DNA from: an uncultured delta proteobacterium
GTDB lineage: Bacteria > Myxococcota_A > Polyangia > Haliangiales > Haliangiaceae
Assembly (NCBI GenBank): GCA_963848295.1
Contig: CAWKDB010000004.1
Span: forward strand, 256,001 to 320,000
Direction of reading: 5' to 3'
DNA length: 64,000 nucleotides
Numbering within the stretch: the stretch's first letter is position 1; every line of letters starts with the position of its first letter. The notes beneath the pieces are model-generated. The model did no database searches and was not told the DNA's origin. It was given only the letters and a program-made list of their open reading frames with translations. Below, one piece after another: positions 1-11,486 of this stretch. A program made the translations under genes and the position numbers.

Positions 1-1740
1 AGATCTTCTCCGGTGAACGGTTTCTCCAGGATCGAGGCTTCGCCCCTTTCGACGCCGTGACGTACGACCGCATCGTCTGCGTAGCCGCTCATGTACAGCA
101 CCTGCAGCCCTGGCTTCACGAGCCGCGCCTGCTCGGCGAGTTGTCGGCCGTCCATCGTCGGCATGACCACATCGGTCAGCAACAGTCGGAGGTCATCGCG
201 GTTTTCCGTGACGAGTCGAAGCGCGTCGCACCCGTCGCTGGATTCGAGCACGCGATAGCCGAGCGACCGGAGCGTACGTGAGATCGCACGCCGCACGTGG
301 TTGTCGTCATCGACGACGAGCAAGGTTTCCGTCCCGCGCGCGCCTTTGGCCACGACATGAGCCGAGGGTCCCGCGGCATCGCTCACCGGAAACGTGATCC
401 TGAACGCCGTCCCGACCCCGACCACGCTCTCGATCTCGATGCGGCCACCGGCCTGTTCGACGATCCCATGAACCACCGACAAACCAAGTCCGGTGCCTTT
501 CCCGAGCCCTTTCGTCGTGAAGAACGGCTCGAACACGCGCCGCTTGATCTCGTCGGCCATCCCGCATCCGGTGTCGGACACCACGACGGCCACTTCTCGT
601 CTCGAATCCGTCATCCCGCTGCGCGTGGTGATGTCGAGCGTCCCTCCGGTCGCCATGGCGTCCCGCGCGTTGACCGAGAGGTTCATCAGGACCTGAACCA
701 GGCATCCCGGATCGATCAGGATCCGGCCGAGATCAGGCTCCAGCGACGTGGTGACGATGATGTCGTCACCGACCATCCGTTTCAGCATCTTCCTGGTCTC
801 GTTGACGGCGAGATTGAGATCGATCGAGGCCGGGACGACGACCTGCTTGCGGCTGAACGCCAGCAACTGCCGCGTGAGCGTCTCGGCCCGGTTGACCGCG
901 CTGCTGACCTCGTCGATCAGCTCTCGACCGGGATGGCTCGGCCCGAGATCGCTTGCCAGGATCGATGCGTTGCAATGGATCACCGCCAGGATGTTGTTGA
1001 AGTCGTGGGCTACGCCGCCGGCGAGCAGACCGAGCGACTCCATCTTCTGGGCCTCCCGGACCTCCTCGCCGAGCTGGCGCGCCTCGGTGACATCCTCGGC
1101 GAGGCCCGCGAGGCGGACCACCGCGCCGTCGCCGTCGAGCACCGGAAACAGCTTGGCGCGTACGAACCGGATCGAACCGTCGGGGTCGACGACGCGAAAC
1201 TGGTATCGCGACACGCTGCTCGGTGGCGACGTGACGACGGCGAGCATCATCGCGCGATCGTCGGGATGCAACGCGTTTAGCCAGTCGCGCGCGTCGGTGT
1301 TCAACCTCGCTCGGCTGCGCCCGAACATCCGATCGTAGGCCGGGCTGACGTAGGAGATCTGCGTGTTGTGCGCATCGGTCAGCCAGAACACCTCGTTGAC
1401 GGCACCCGCGAACTCGCACATCTGCTCGTGGCTGACCCGGAGCATCGCGATGGTGCGCTTGAATTCGCTGATGTCGACGTACGTGAACAGCGTGTGGGCC
1501 ACGCCATCGATCTCGATAGTGCGCTGCCATCGCTGCACCGTCTTGGATCCGATGGTGAGCTCGTCGCGGGCTGTCCGTCGGGGCGCCGACCTCGGCCTCG
1601 GCCGTGGTGCCCACGACTGCGTCCCTGGTCACGCCGAACAGACTCTCGTACGCCTCGTTGACGTCGACCACGTGAAGCGTGGTGGTGTGAACAAGAGATG
1701 CGGCGAACGGGGTGGCTCGAACTAGATCCTCGCACTTCAT
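1..1740 (-). CDS. PAS-PAS hybrid sensor histidine kinase/response regulator; runs off the window start; one frameshift near 1580
   Basis: Manual translation of the minus strand gives PAS (EVFWLTD...YVSPAYDRMFG), H-box (QKMESLGLLAGGVAHDFNNIL), N/G boxes (QVLMNLSVNARDAM, FEPFFTTKGLGKGTGLGL) and a receiver domain (LLVVDDD...LLLTDVVMP...MSGY...EKPF). The N-terminus is in ORF 766..1740. Confidence 0.9.
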
Positions 1741-1954
1741 GCCGGCAAGGACAGCAAGCGGTGTGCCGTCACTCGCGGCGGATCGTTCGGCGAAGCGCGC
1801 TGTTGTTGCCGGGACGTGCGGCTGCCCCGCAGATCCTGCGCGTCGGATGTCCTACATCGCGGATAGGACCCATCCCGGCCGTCGAGCGTCGCGTTTCCCG
1901 ACAACCGGGCGTGGCACGGCGGCTGATGAGCTCGACACCATACGAGCTCGCCCG

Positions 1955-2268
1955 CGATCTGGGACGAGCACGGCCTGTTCTCTCCGAGTGGCAAGAAGAT
2001 CGTGTGGATGAGCAGCCTTCCGTATCCACAGAGCACGTCCGTCATCAACCTCGAGACCGAGTTCATGTTGATGGACGCGGACGGTTCGAACGTCGTGGAG
2101 CTGACGCACTTCAACGTGCCAGGCTACCCGGAGTCGACGAGCCAACCTTCGGTGGCGGCCGTCGCGGGATGGAGCCGAGATGGTACGCGGCTGTACGCGA
2201 CCCAGCTGATCGGGCCCTCGATGCAGGTGATGTGGATCATCCGGCTCGCCGGCGCGTGCAGCGCGTAA
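1955..2268 (+). pseudogene. C-terminal remnant of a TolB/PD40-like beta-propeller protein
   Basis: Frame reads IWDEHGLFSPSGKKIVWMSS...LMDADGSNVVELTHFN...WSRDGTRL (PD40-like FSPxG and WSxDG motifs); no N-terminal part is visible. Confidence 0.55.
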
Positions 2269-2329
2269 CACGGAGCCGGACGGCCGACGATCGACAAGGT
2301 CGAGCGCGATCCCGCGTATCCTCGCGCGT

Positions 2330-3259
2330 GTGATGGCCAAACGTCGCGCGCCGCCCAAGTCGGATCTCGATCTCAACTTGCTGGTGATCCTCGAGGCGTT
2401 ACTCGCAGAGAAGAGCGTGACGCGAGCGGCAGACCGGGTCGGATTGACGCAATCCGCGGCGAGCCACGCGCTCACGCGGTTGCGCGACCACTTCGACGAT
2501 CCGCTGTTGGTCCGCGCGCGCGGCGGGATGGCACTGACGGCGCGCGCCCAAGAGCTGGCTGTGCCCGTGCGCGATGCGCTGGCCACGCTCGATGCCGCGC
2601 TGCGAGGTCCGGGCCCGTTCGAGCCGGCTCGCGCTCGCCGCAGGTTCGCGATCGCGATGACCGACTACTTGGGCGTCGTCTTGCTGCCGCCGCTATACGC
2701 GCGTCTCGCGCGAGAGGCCCCGCAGGTCGATCTCGCGATCACGTCGGTGGTGCGCAGCGTCGAGGACACGCTCGGCGCCGAATCGATCGATCTCGTCGTC
2801 ACGATGGCGCCGCTGGCGGATGAACACCCCGACCTCTACCAGCAGCGACTGTTCGAAGAGCGCTACGTCTGTGTCATGCGACGCGATCATCCGGCCGCCG
2901 CGCGTACGCTCACGGTGGACGCCTACTGCGCGCTCGATCACGTGCTGATCGCGCCACGCGGCGGCCGCGGCATCGTCGATCGCGAGCTCGCCACACGCGG
3001 GCTCGCCCGTCGCGTCGCGGTCCAGGTTCCGCACTGGCTGGTCGCGCCACACTTGGTGGCGTGCAGCGACCTCGTCCTGACGGTCGCCGAGCGGCTCGCA
3101 CGGACCTACGCTCCACTACTGCCGCTTCGCATCGTCGAGCTGCCGATCGAGCTGGCCGCGATCTCGTGCTGGCAGCGCTGGCATGCGCGCAGCCACTCGG
3201 ACCCGGGCCACGCATGGCTCCGCGGGCTGGTCGCCGACGTCGCTACTTCGCGGGTTTGA
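2330..3259 (+). CDS. LysR-family transcriptional regulator
   Basis: DLNLLVILEALLAEKSVTRAADRVGLTQSAASHALTRLR HTH plus substrate-binding domain; 309 aa. Confidence 0.95.
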   Translation: MMAKRRAPPKSDLDLNLLVILEALLAEKSVTRAADRVGLTQSAASHALTRLRDHFDDPLLVRARGGMALTARAQELAVPVRDALATLDAALRGPGPFEPARARRRFAIAMTDYLGVVLLPPLYARLAREAPQVDLAITSVVRSVEDTLGAESIDLVVTMAPLADEHPDLYQQRLFEERYVCVMRRDHPAAARTLTVDAYCALDHVLIAPRGGRGIVDRELATRGLARRVAVQVPHWLVAPHLVACSDLVLTVAERLARTYAPLLPLRIVELPIELAAISCWQRWHARSHSDPGHAWLRGLVADVATSRV

Positions 3260-3680
3260 AATCGAAGCCGTTCGGCATGTAGACGAAGACCACGCACGGC
3301 GCCTCCGGCTCGCAGTAGTTGTCGTGCACCTGGTTCGCGACCTGGTGCCAGCGCTCGCCGGTAGCGAGCGCGGGGCCGGTGTCGCTTCCCTGGAAATTGT
3401 GCATGCGGCCCTCGAGGATGACGGCGTAGTCGTCCGAGCTGTGCGTGTGAGGACCGGGCTTGAACCCGGGCGGCGTCTTGAACAGGAACCCGATCGGCGC
3501 CTTCTTGTCGAGCGCACCGAACACGACCGAGACCTGTGGCCCCTTCGCGCCAGCCTTGGCATCGAGAGGGATCCACACGGCCTGCTTGGCGGTCGTGGTC
3601 GACGAGTGATCGGCGCGGGCGGTTGCGGCGGTGGCGAGCGAGCCGGCGAGTGCCAGAGTGATTAGCGTGAGACGAGACAT
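3243..3680 (-). CDS. Secreted cupin-domain protein (DUF4437-like)
   Basis: Signal peptide; cupin motifs PHTHSSDDYAVILEG and HDNYC; SD-like AGGAG upstream. Confidence 0.8.
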   Translation of the reverse strand: MSRLTLITLALAGSLATAATARADHSSTTTAKQAVWIPLDAKAGAKGPQVSVVFGALDKKAPIGFLFKTPPGFKPGPHTHSSDDYAVILEGRMHNFQGSDTGPALATGERWHQVANQVHDNYCEPEAPCVVFVYMPNGFDFKPAK

Positions 3681-3920
3681 GACGTGCTCCTGGTTCTTGG
3701 TGGGTCTTGGTGATTCTCACCGTGCGCTCGCCTGGCCATCGCGTCGAGATGACGGGGTGCATGACGAGGATGCACGCCGTGCATGGGCCTCCTCGTCGAG
3801 CTGCAGCGCCAGCCGGCCCGATGACGCCTGAAGCTGGAGTCAGCGCCGACTCGACTCGGGCGGCTCGTTCTCGGGCGCCACGACTTCGTATCCACGCGCT
3901 GCGATCATACGATTGAGGAC

Positions 3921-6548
3921 GTGAAGTCGGGCGATACGCTGGCGGACGACGACACCGCACGGCCCGGTGCGGCCACGATCCCGGCGGGTGGAGTGCGTTC
4001 GCCTGTGGTCGAGCTGCAGACTGTCGATCCGGTGGTCTACCAGCGGCTCCACGAGATCGCCCGCGGTGGGATGGGGCGGATCACCGTGGCGATCGATCGC
4101 CGCCACGGTCGCTCCGTCGCGATCAAGGAAACGCTCGGCGACGGTGACACCACGCGCTTCGAGCGCGAGGCGTTAGTCACCGCGCGCCTCCAGCACCCGG
4201 CGATCGTCCCGGTCTACGAGGCGGGGCGGTGGCCAGACGGGACACCGTTCTACGCGATGAAGATGGTCGCCGGACGCCCGTTGGACAAGGCGATCGCAGA
4301 GGCGGCGACGCTCGAAGCGCGCTTAGCTTTGCTCACGCACGTGCTCGCCGCGTGCGAAGCGCTCGCGTATGCGCACGACCAGCGGATCATCCATCGCGAT
4401 CTCAAGCCGTCGAACGTCCTCGTCGGGAGTTTCGGCGAGACCGTCGTGATCGATTGGGGGCTCGCGAAAGTCTTGGGGACGGCGGACGCGGTCGGCGTCT
4501 CGAGCTCGACGCCCAGTGGCGAGATGACGGTCGCGGGCGACGTGCTCGGCACACCGCAGTACATGCCGCCCGAACAAGCGAGCGGCCAAGAGGTCGACGA
4601 ACGCGCCGACGTCTACGCGCTCGGCGCGATGCTCTACCACGTGCTCGCGGGCGCGCCTCCGTATGAAGCCGCGCCGGTCCACGTCATGGTCGCCTCCGTG
4701 ATCGACGGGCCGCCGCTACCGCTCGAGCGCCGCGCGCCCGAGATTCCGCACGACGTGCTCGCGATCGTCGCCAAGGCGATGTCCCGCACGCCGGAGGCGC
4801 GCTATCGCGATGCACGCGACCTGGTCGATGACTTGCGCCGGTTCCAGACCGGGCAGCTCGTCCGCGCGCATACCTATACGCTGCGCGAGCGAATCACGCG
4901 CTTCGTGCGGAGAAACCGCGCGGCGACCGCGATCGCGGCGGCGGCGGCAGTCGCGCTCGGCATCGGTACCGCGATCGCCGTCCACCAAGTGGTCGACGAG
5001 AAGAACGTGGCGGTCACGCAAGCGGAGCGCGCCGACGCCGAAGGCGGCGATGCTGATCTCCTCGCGACGCAAACGCTCGCGGAAGCAAGCACCGCGCTCG
5101 ACCGCCTCGGCCACATCGATCTGCTGGAGTCGATGGCGCGGCGCACGGTGGAGCACTACGAGCGCATCGAGCGAGGAGGGCGGCTCACGGATCGTCGGGC
5201 CGTCGCATATGCGCTCGCACTCGAGGCATTGTCGCGCTCCGAGGTCAAGGTTGGACGCGTCGCCCAGGCGACCAAGCTGCTCGATCACGCCCGGCATGTG
5301 CTCGCAAGAGAAACGTCGGGCGCGCCCGGCCTCGACGCGATGCGCGCGACCGCGAGCGTGGCGCTGCATCAGAGTGCGCTCGACCGCGCGACCGGCGACA
5401 CGCAGGCGGTGATCGCCCACGCCGGTGAGGCTCGCGACTGGGCGACGCGGGCGTTGGCTGTCGATGCCCGCGACCCTCTCGCGGCGCAGACGTTGGCGGC
5501 CGCGTTGATGACGATCGCGAATCGCGACCGCGCGGCCGACGACCTGGCGAACGCGCGCAGCAACTACGAGCGCGCGAAGACCTTGCTCGACGCGCAGGGC
5601 GGGGATCGCGATGCCGCGATCCTGGGCGCGCAGCTCGACTGCGAGCTCGGCTATCTCGAGCAAGGCTTGGGGCACCTCGATCTTGCGAGCGCGCGGTTCG
5701 AAGCGGCGATCGACAAGACCAGGGCGGTGCTCGTCGCGGCCGCGACCTCGCCTGACTTGGGAGCGCTCGAGTGGCAGGTCGAAGCGGATAACGGGCTCGC
5801 CGGGCTCGCGAGGCTGCGCGGGCAGCTGGCGGAGGCCGCGCGACGCAGCGCCGACGCGATCGACGGCTCCGCTCGGCTCACGGCGGCCGATCCCGACAAC
5901 AAGGTGTTTGCGTCAGAGCTGGCGTTGGCGCGCACCGAATCCGCGGAGATCGCGATCGCTTCGCACTCGCCGGACTCGGCCGCGGCCGAGCTCGAACAAG
6001 CGCGTGCCCAAGCGCACCGCCTGACCGAAGACGAGCCCGACAACCGCCTGTGGTGGCGCGATTCTCGCTCACATCGAGCGCGTACGCGGCGACCTCGCCG
6101 GCGAGCATCACCAACTCGCGGCGGAGCTCGACGCATACGTCGCGAGCAGCGAGGCCGCCCAGCACGCGCTCCGCGGCGAGCACGATCCCCTCGATCTGCA
6201 TCAGCTCGTCTGGGCGCTCGAGCTCCAGGGCGAGGTGCTCGAGGAGCTGAATCGGCGCGACGATGCGATCGCTCGCTACGCCGACGAGCTGAGGACCGCG
6301 ACCGAGCTCGTCGCGACCGGGCGTGAAGGCAAGTCCTGGCTCTCGGATCTAGCCGACGCGGAGCAGCACCTCGGCGCAGCCCGGTTGCGACGCGGGGACG
6401 CGGACGCGAGGTCGATGCTCGAGCGGGCCGCGCAACACCAGCGCGAGCTCGTCGCCGCGCACCCCGACGATGCGAGCGCGCGCGAGGATCTCCAGGACAC
6501 GGAGCGACTACTCGGGACGGGCGGCGGCACGGCACTCACCGCCCGTGA
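3921..6548 (+). CDS. Ser/Thr protein kinase with TM segment and TPR-like C-terminus (frameshifted near 6065; 3' end approximate)
   Basis: IARGGMGRI, VAIK, HRDLKPSN, DWGLAK, GTPQYMPPEQ, DVYALG. The helical repeats continue in the frame of ORF 6235. Confidence 0.88.
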
Positions 6549-6561
6549 GCCTCGCGGAGAC

Positions 6562-7884
6562 TTACGACGTGCGCTTCGGAGCGGCCTGGACCGCCGCCGG
6601 CGGTGCGGTGGTGCGCGATGGGGGCGCCGCCATCATCGCTTGCGCGGCGCGCCGGTTGTCGGCCGGGGTCGGCGAGTCGTTGCGCGTGATCACCTGCGCG
6701 GCGAGCAGCGTCTGCACGACGCGCAGCACGTCGTCCGAGCCCGACGCGACCGCGCCGTGACCGTTGCCGCCGCTCGAGCCGAAGTTGACGAACTGACCGT
6801 TCGAGAGCGCCGCTGCGACCTCGCGGGTCAGCGACGGCGCGAGCTCGAGCCGTCGCAGATCCATGTAGGCCTCGCCGGCTTCGACCAGCGCTTGCGCCTT
6901 GAGCCGGATCGCGCCGGCTTCGGCCTCGGCCACCGCACGGATGCGCGCCGCTTGAGCGCGGCCGTCGGCCTCCTGGGCGATCACGTTCTGTTCGGCATCC
7001 GCGCGCGCCTGCGTGATCTGGTTGGCGGCGAGCTCGCCCTCGCGCTGCTTGCGCACCATCGCCTGCTTCTCGGCCTCGGCGTTCGCGATCGCTGCACCGT
7101 TCGACGCGATCTGCATGTGCAGCGCGCGCTCCTGGTCGTTGATCTTCTGCTCCGCCTCGAGCTGGGCGATCCTCGCGCGCTGCTCCTCCTGCGCCTGCAC
7201 GACATCGGCGCTGGCCTTCGCACGTGCCGCCGACTCGCGCCGCCGCGCATCGGCGACCTCGCTGAGCACGGCCTTGATGTTGAGGCTGTTGAACGACAGA
7301 CCGAGATCGAGCAGCTCGCGCGAGCACGCGTCCTTGATGATCACCGCGAGCTCGTCGTCCTCGCCACGCTTCGCCAACGCCTCGGCGGTAAGCCCGGTCA
7401 CGGGCGCGCTTCCGCTGCGCGCGTTGAACAGCTGGTCGTGCCACAACAGGTTGATCGCGCGTCGCCCCGCCGACGACAGCACGTCGGTCAGCGTCGACAT
7501 CTGCTCGCCCGAGGACTTGGAGAAGAACTTGTTGGCGGCGGTGTTCACCATCGCCTCGTCCTCGCCCACGCTGACGATCGCCGACGCGCGCACCGTCACC
7601 TTGACCGGCGCTGGGCGCGCTTCGGCGTCGACGTCTGCGGTCTGATCGGTGATCTCGATGTCGACGTTGATCGCCTGCGCGGGAATCCGCCGGACCTGCG
7701 TGATCACCGGTACGATCATCGCCTTGCACGGCCCGCGGTAGATGCGGAGGCCGCGGCCGCGGCTCGCGAGCAGGATCTCGCCGGCATCGACGCTGCGCAG
7801 GAACGTGGTGACGATGATCGACGTCAGTACGAGAACTGCGACGACGGCGGCCCCGGCGATGATGAGCGACATCTGGACTGGCAT
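6562..7884 (-). CDS. Flotillin/SPFH-family membrane protein
   Basis: N-terminal TM, SPFH domain (MIVPVITQVRRIP...VTVRASAIVSV) and an AEA-rich coiled coil. Confidence 0.88.
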   Translation of the reverse strand: MPVQMSLIIAGAAVVAVLVLTSIIVTTFLRSVDAGEILLASRGRGLRIYRGPCKAMIVPVITQVRRIPAQAINVDIEITDQTADVDAEARPAPVKVTVRASAIVSVGEDEAMVNTAANKFFSKSSGEQMSTLTDVLSSAGRRAINLLWHDQLFNARSGSAPVTGLTAEALAKRGEDDELAVIIKDACSRELLDLGLSFNSLNIKAVLSEVADARRRESAARAKASADVVQAQEEQRARIAQLEAEQKINDQERALHMQIASNGAAIANAEAEKQAMVRKQREGELAANQITQARADAEQNVIAQEADGRAQAARIRAVAEAEAGAIRLKAQALVEAGEAYMDLRRLELAPSLTREVAAALSNGQFVNFGSSGGNGHGAVASGSDDVLRVVQTLLAAQVITRNDSPTPADNRRAAQAMMAAPPSRTTAPPAAVQAAPKRTS

Positions 7885-8549
7885 GGCGAGCTCCTAGGCG
7901 TCACGGACGCCCGGGCACACTCTACCCCTCCGGAACCGGAAACGGTTACCCGTTCACGCGCGGGATCGACGTCCTCGACGCGGAGGCTGTCGCCGACTCT
8001 CACGTCGAGGTGCGCCTGTGCATCGATCAACCGGGCCGAGAATTGCACGAGCCGGCCATCGCGCACGACCGAGACCACGCCGCGGCCGTTGCGAAACCCG
8101 GTCACCGCGGTGGCGTCCGACATCACGATCGTTTCGAGTGGCGCGCTCGGATGGCCCTGGAACCGGAACAGCAGCCGCCACACCGGCGTCACCGCGAAGC
8201 GCTCGACGATCGCCGCCGGAACGATCGCGACGAGGCCGGCCCACAGCGGCGCGAGGTGCACCGCGAGCAGCACGTTGCCGAATGCGCCGTACAGCGCGAG
8301 CAAGCTGAACACGAGCCGCGGCGACGGCAGAAAGCGCGTCATTCCAGTCGGCGTCGCGTGGACCAGGGCACCCTGCGCAGCGGCGGTGCCGCGGACCGGT
8401 ACGAGCGCGGCGGCAGCGCGAACGGGTGCGAGCGTGGCCGCGTGACCCGCGTGCAACGCGCTCCGCCCGACATTCGCGTGGCGACCGAGCGCCGGCAACG
8501 CCATCGCCGCGAGCGCGGCCAGCCCGACGACCATGAGCGTGAGGAACAT
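7824..8549 (-). CDS. NfeD/YqiJ-like membrane protein (flotillin partner)
   Basis: Starts MFLTLMVVGLAALAAM; several TM segments; C-terminal OB-fold-like GVVSVVRDGRLVQFSAR...VRVGDSLRVEDVD; directly upstream of flotillin. Confidence 0.7.
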   Translation of the reverse strand: MFLTLMVVGLAALAAMALPALGRHANVGRSALHAGHAATLAPVRAAAALVPVRGTAAAQGALVHATPTGMTRFLPSPRLVFSLLALYGAFGNVLLAVHLAPLWAGLVAIVPAAIVERFAVTPVWRLLFRFQGHPSAPLETIVMSDATAVTGFRNGRGVVSVVRDGRLVQFSARLIDAQAHLDVRVGDSLRVEDVDPARERVTVSGSGGVECARASVTPRSSPCQSRCRSSSPGPPSSQFSY

Positions 8550-8627
8550 CCAGCCAAAAGCGTGCGCCTCGGCACCGCCCGCGTCAACAGGGGCCCGTGA
8601 GCGCGACCACTCGGGTAAGTTCCCGGC

Positions 8628-9704
8628 ATGTCGATCACGGACGAAGCGGCCCGCGCGCTGGCAGGCGTCGATGATGTCGACTGGGCATCGTTGCATCACC
8701 CCTATGGCCCGGCCGACGATGTCGCTGGCCATCTGCGCGGCTTTCTTTGCGCTCCGGACACCGATGACGCGATCGAAGCCGCCACGTTTTTCGGATCGCG
8801 CTTCGTGTGTCAAGGCATAGACTTCGGCTCCGCTGCGCCCCATGCCGTGCCGTTCATGCTGCGCTTGCTGGCTGCGCCCGGTGTGTCCGGGCGTGGGCCG
8901 GTGATGGGCGCGATCCTGACGATGCTGCGGATCGCGGTGCGCAGAACGCCACGGGACATGGAACCCGCGCTGCAGCTTGCCTGGCTCGATGCGATGGGGC
9001 GGCACGCCGACGAGATCGTGGCGGTCGCCAACTTCCTCGACGGCAAAGGCTTCGAGGAAGCGATCGAGGTTCTGGTGGTCGCGTTCGCCGACTCGATCGC
9101 ACCGCTGACGGCGCGCGCGCCCCGAACCGTGCGCGAGATCGTGGCGCGGATTCCCGATCTCGATGTCCCGCACACGCCGGGCGATCGGATCGTCGCCTGG
9201 ATGACGCCGCGATGGGACGACGTGTTCAACTGCCTAGTCGATATCGAAGCGCACGTCCCCGATGAATACCTCCCATCCGAGGGCGGCGATGACGACGATG
9301 GCGAGGACGTCGAGGAATCACAACCCGTCGAGACCGAGGCCGAGGTCGAATCCCGGAATCGTGCCGCTTGTGCACGTACACCGATCGTCGGCGCGCTCGC
9401 ACGCGATCGCGCTGCGTTGACGGAGCTGTATCTCGCCTATCTACGGGTCGAATGCGACGTCGTCGTCACCGTCCAGGACGACCAACGCCTGAACGTCAAG
9501 GCGCCGGCGTTCGTGGATGAACGCAAGCTGTTCGGCAGCGTCGCGCTGCGGACGCTCCTATCATCGCCGCCGCCCGAGCTTCCCATCGATGGCTCGATCG
9601 AATGCGACGAGGCCGGCAGCTGGCTTGCACTCCTGGTCGAGAGGGACGCAGAATTCGAGAGCTTTCTCGAGTCCTGCGCGTTTGTCCTGGAGGCGGCCGG
9701 CTGA
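8628..9704 (+). CDS. Hypothetical protein with HEAT-like N-terminal domain
   Basis: LAGVDDVDWASLHHPYGPADDV motif typical of HEAT-like hypothetical proteins; 358-aa ORF. Confidence 0.65.
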   Translation: MSITDEAARALAGVDDVDWASLHHPYGPADDVAGHLRGFLCAPDTDDAIEAATFFGSRFVCQGIDFGSAAPHAVPFMLRLLAAPGVSGRGPVMGAILTMLRIAVRRTPRDMEPALQLAWLDAMGRHADEIVAVANFLDGKGFEEAIEVLVVAFADSIAPLTARAPRTVREIVARIPDLDVPHTPGDRIVAWMTPRWDDVFNCLVDIEAHVPDEYLPSEGGDDDDGEDVEESQPVETEAEVESRNRAACARTPIVGALARDRAALTELYLAYLRVECDVVVTVQDDQRLNVKAPAFVDERKLFGSVALRTLLSSPPPELPIDGSIECDEAGSWLALLVERDAEFESFLESCAFVLEAAG

Positions 9705-9800
9705 CTGTTCGCGCGTTGCGCCCGCTACGAAGACATGAATCATGGTCGTCCGTGAAAGCTTGCTGGCCGCGGCGTCGCGTCGCTACGTTATCATCGCACG

Positions 9801-10880
9801 GTGATCAGTCCTGTGGCGGTCGCTTGTGGCGTTGTTAGTGCGATTGCACTTCCGGCGTGCGGTCGCGTCGACTTCGAGCCGTCCGGCGTCGGCTGGTGGA
9901 ACGACGCATGGCCGTACCGCGAGTCCCTCACGATCGATCATCGGCAGGTCGCAGGCGATGTGACCGATTTTCCCGTTCTGGTCATATTCGATGACGCGTC
10001 ACTCGGCGCACACGCAACGCCTGATGGGCACGATCTCGCATTCGTCGACGATGCTGGCGACGAGCTTCCGTACGAGCGCGAGAGCTACAGCGCGGTGCCG
10101 CCGAGCGCGGTCGTCTGGGTCCAGTTGCCCGCGGTCTCGGCCGAGCTGGACACCACGTTCGACGTCTACTACGGGAACGCCGCCGCGCCCGAGCAGGCGC
10201 AGCCACGAGCGGTCTGGAGCAACGCGTACGTCGGCGTTTACCACTTCGGCGACGGCACAACCCTCGACGTTCACGACTCGACCGGGAACAACGACGGAAC
10301 CGCGAACGGCGCGGTCGCAGCGCCGGACGCGATCGTCGGCGGTGGCCTCGCGCTAACGGGCGGGCCGGTCGTGACCGCGCCGACCGCAGGCGTAGACGGC
10401 GTGCCGAATGGTCTGAACACGGTCACGTTGTGGGTCGACTACGAAGGCCCGATCGGCAAAGCTCCCGTCGGCTTCGTGGTTGGCCCCGAGGTCTACGACG
10501 TTTGGTATGAGGCGCTCGACTGCGTGGGCTTCAACACGCAACAGGGCGACGTGCTCGGAACGACCGACGATCTGACGGGTCGCTGGCTGTACCTCGCGAT
10601 GGTGTTCTCCAACGGTGTGCCGACGGCGACTGCAAATGAGCTCTACGTCGACGGCCAACCCGAGACGCTCGCGGCATGTGGCACCGGTAGCCCCCTGAGC
10701 TACTCGGTTGGTGGGATCGTCGACTGGGGCGGGGATCCCGGCTTCGAGATGACCGGCACGCTCGACGAGGCCCGCATCGCGACCGGAGCGCGGAGCCCGG
10801 CGTGGATTGCGACCGAGTATGCGAATCAGCATGCCCCCGAGGCGTTCGTCGTGGCGGGCGCCGAGGAGGAACGGCCGTAG
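9801..10880 (+). CDS. DUF2341/LamG (ConA-like) domain lipoprotein
   Basis: Lipobox LPAC; WWNDAWPYRESLTID...DFPVLV...DVYYGN (DUF2341); GTLDEARIATGARSPAWIATEYANQ (LamG end). Confidence 0.85.
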   Translation: MISPVAVACGVVSAIALPACGRVDFEPSGVGWWNDAWPYRESLTIDHRQVAGDVTDFPVLVIFDDASLGAHATPDGHDLAFVDDAGDELPYERESYSAVPPSAVVWVQLPAVSAELDTTFDVYYGNAAAPEQAQPRAVWSNAYVGVYHFGDGTTLDVHDSTGNNDGTANGAVAAPDAIVGGGLALTGGPVVTAPTAGVDGVPNGLNTVTLWVDYEGPIGKAPVGFVVGPEVYDVWYEALDCVGFNTQQGDVLGTTDDLTGRWLYLAMVFSNGVPTATANELYVDGQPETLAACGTGSPLSYSVGGIVDWGGDPGFEMTGTLDEARIATGARSPAWIATEYANQHAPEAFVVAGAEEERP

Positions 10881-10992
10881 ATCGCGCGCAGACGCGCGCC
10901 TCGGGCGCGGCACCGAAGGTCGCACGAGCTCGCGCCACGCGCTCCCGCGGTAGCCTTCTCGGACTTCGCATGGATGCGCGTACACTCGCACG

Positions 10993-11370
10993 ATGGCTCA
11001 GCCCACCGTCACGATCTTCCACAACCCTGGTTGAAGCACCTCCGTCTACGCCACGGCGGTCGCCGAGGAAGCCGGAGTGTCTTATCGCGCGGTCCAGTAT
11101 GCGAAGAAGGCAGAGCGCCCGGATCGAGCCACGCTCGAAAACCTGGTCGCGATCATCGAGGATCCCGTCGAGGATCTCGTGCGCAAGGACTCGCTGTTCA
11201 AGAAGCTCGGCCTCGATCCGGCCGACTACGTGAGCAAGCCGCGCGCGGTCGTCGACATCCTGGAGAAGTACCCGGCGCTGCTCCAGCGCCCGGTGATCGT
11301 GCGCGGCAAGAAAGCGATCATCGGCCGCCCGCGCGAGCGTGTGCCCGTGTTTCTGAAGTCCAAGCCCTGA
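10993..11370 (+). CDS. arsC: ArsC/Spx-family (glutaredoxin-type arsenate reductase family) protein with in-frame UGA, probable selenoprotein
   Basis: ATG at 10993 reads MAQPTVTIFHNPG-[TGA 11032-11034]-STS..., in frame with ORF 11077..11370 (LLQRPVIVRGKKAIIGRPRE). The TGA sits at the catalytic Cys of the ArsC HNPxCxTS motif. Confidence 0.85.
11037..11079 (+). promoter_or_regulatory. Candidate bacterial SECIS hairpin
   Basis: CTCCG...CC-A-CGGC[GGTC]GCCG-A-GG...CGGAG; the apical loop GGUC (11058-11061) begins 24 nt after the UGA, like the E. coli fdhF SECIS loop. Confidence 0.65.
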
Positions 11371-11486
11371 TCTGCAGGGTTCGCCGGCGTCGCTCGAGCT
11401 GCGCATCACGTTTGTCCACGACGCCGCGTTCGAGAGTAGTTTGGGCGCTCTGGAATAGGCCGATCGCGTCGGGCGTAGACGCAGCG

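Noticed and set aside
6235..8445. 736-aa plus-strand ORF
   Set aside because: Only the first ~100 aa are the kinase tail; the rest is the antisense shadow of the flotillin and NfeD-like genes.
7824..9173. 449-aa version of the NfeD-like gene
   Set aside because: The N-terminal extension overlaps the divergent gene at 8628; the real start is probably ATG 8549.
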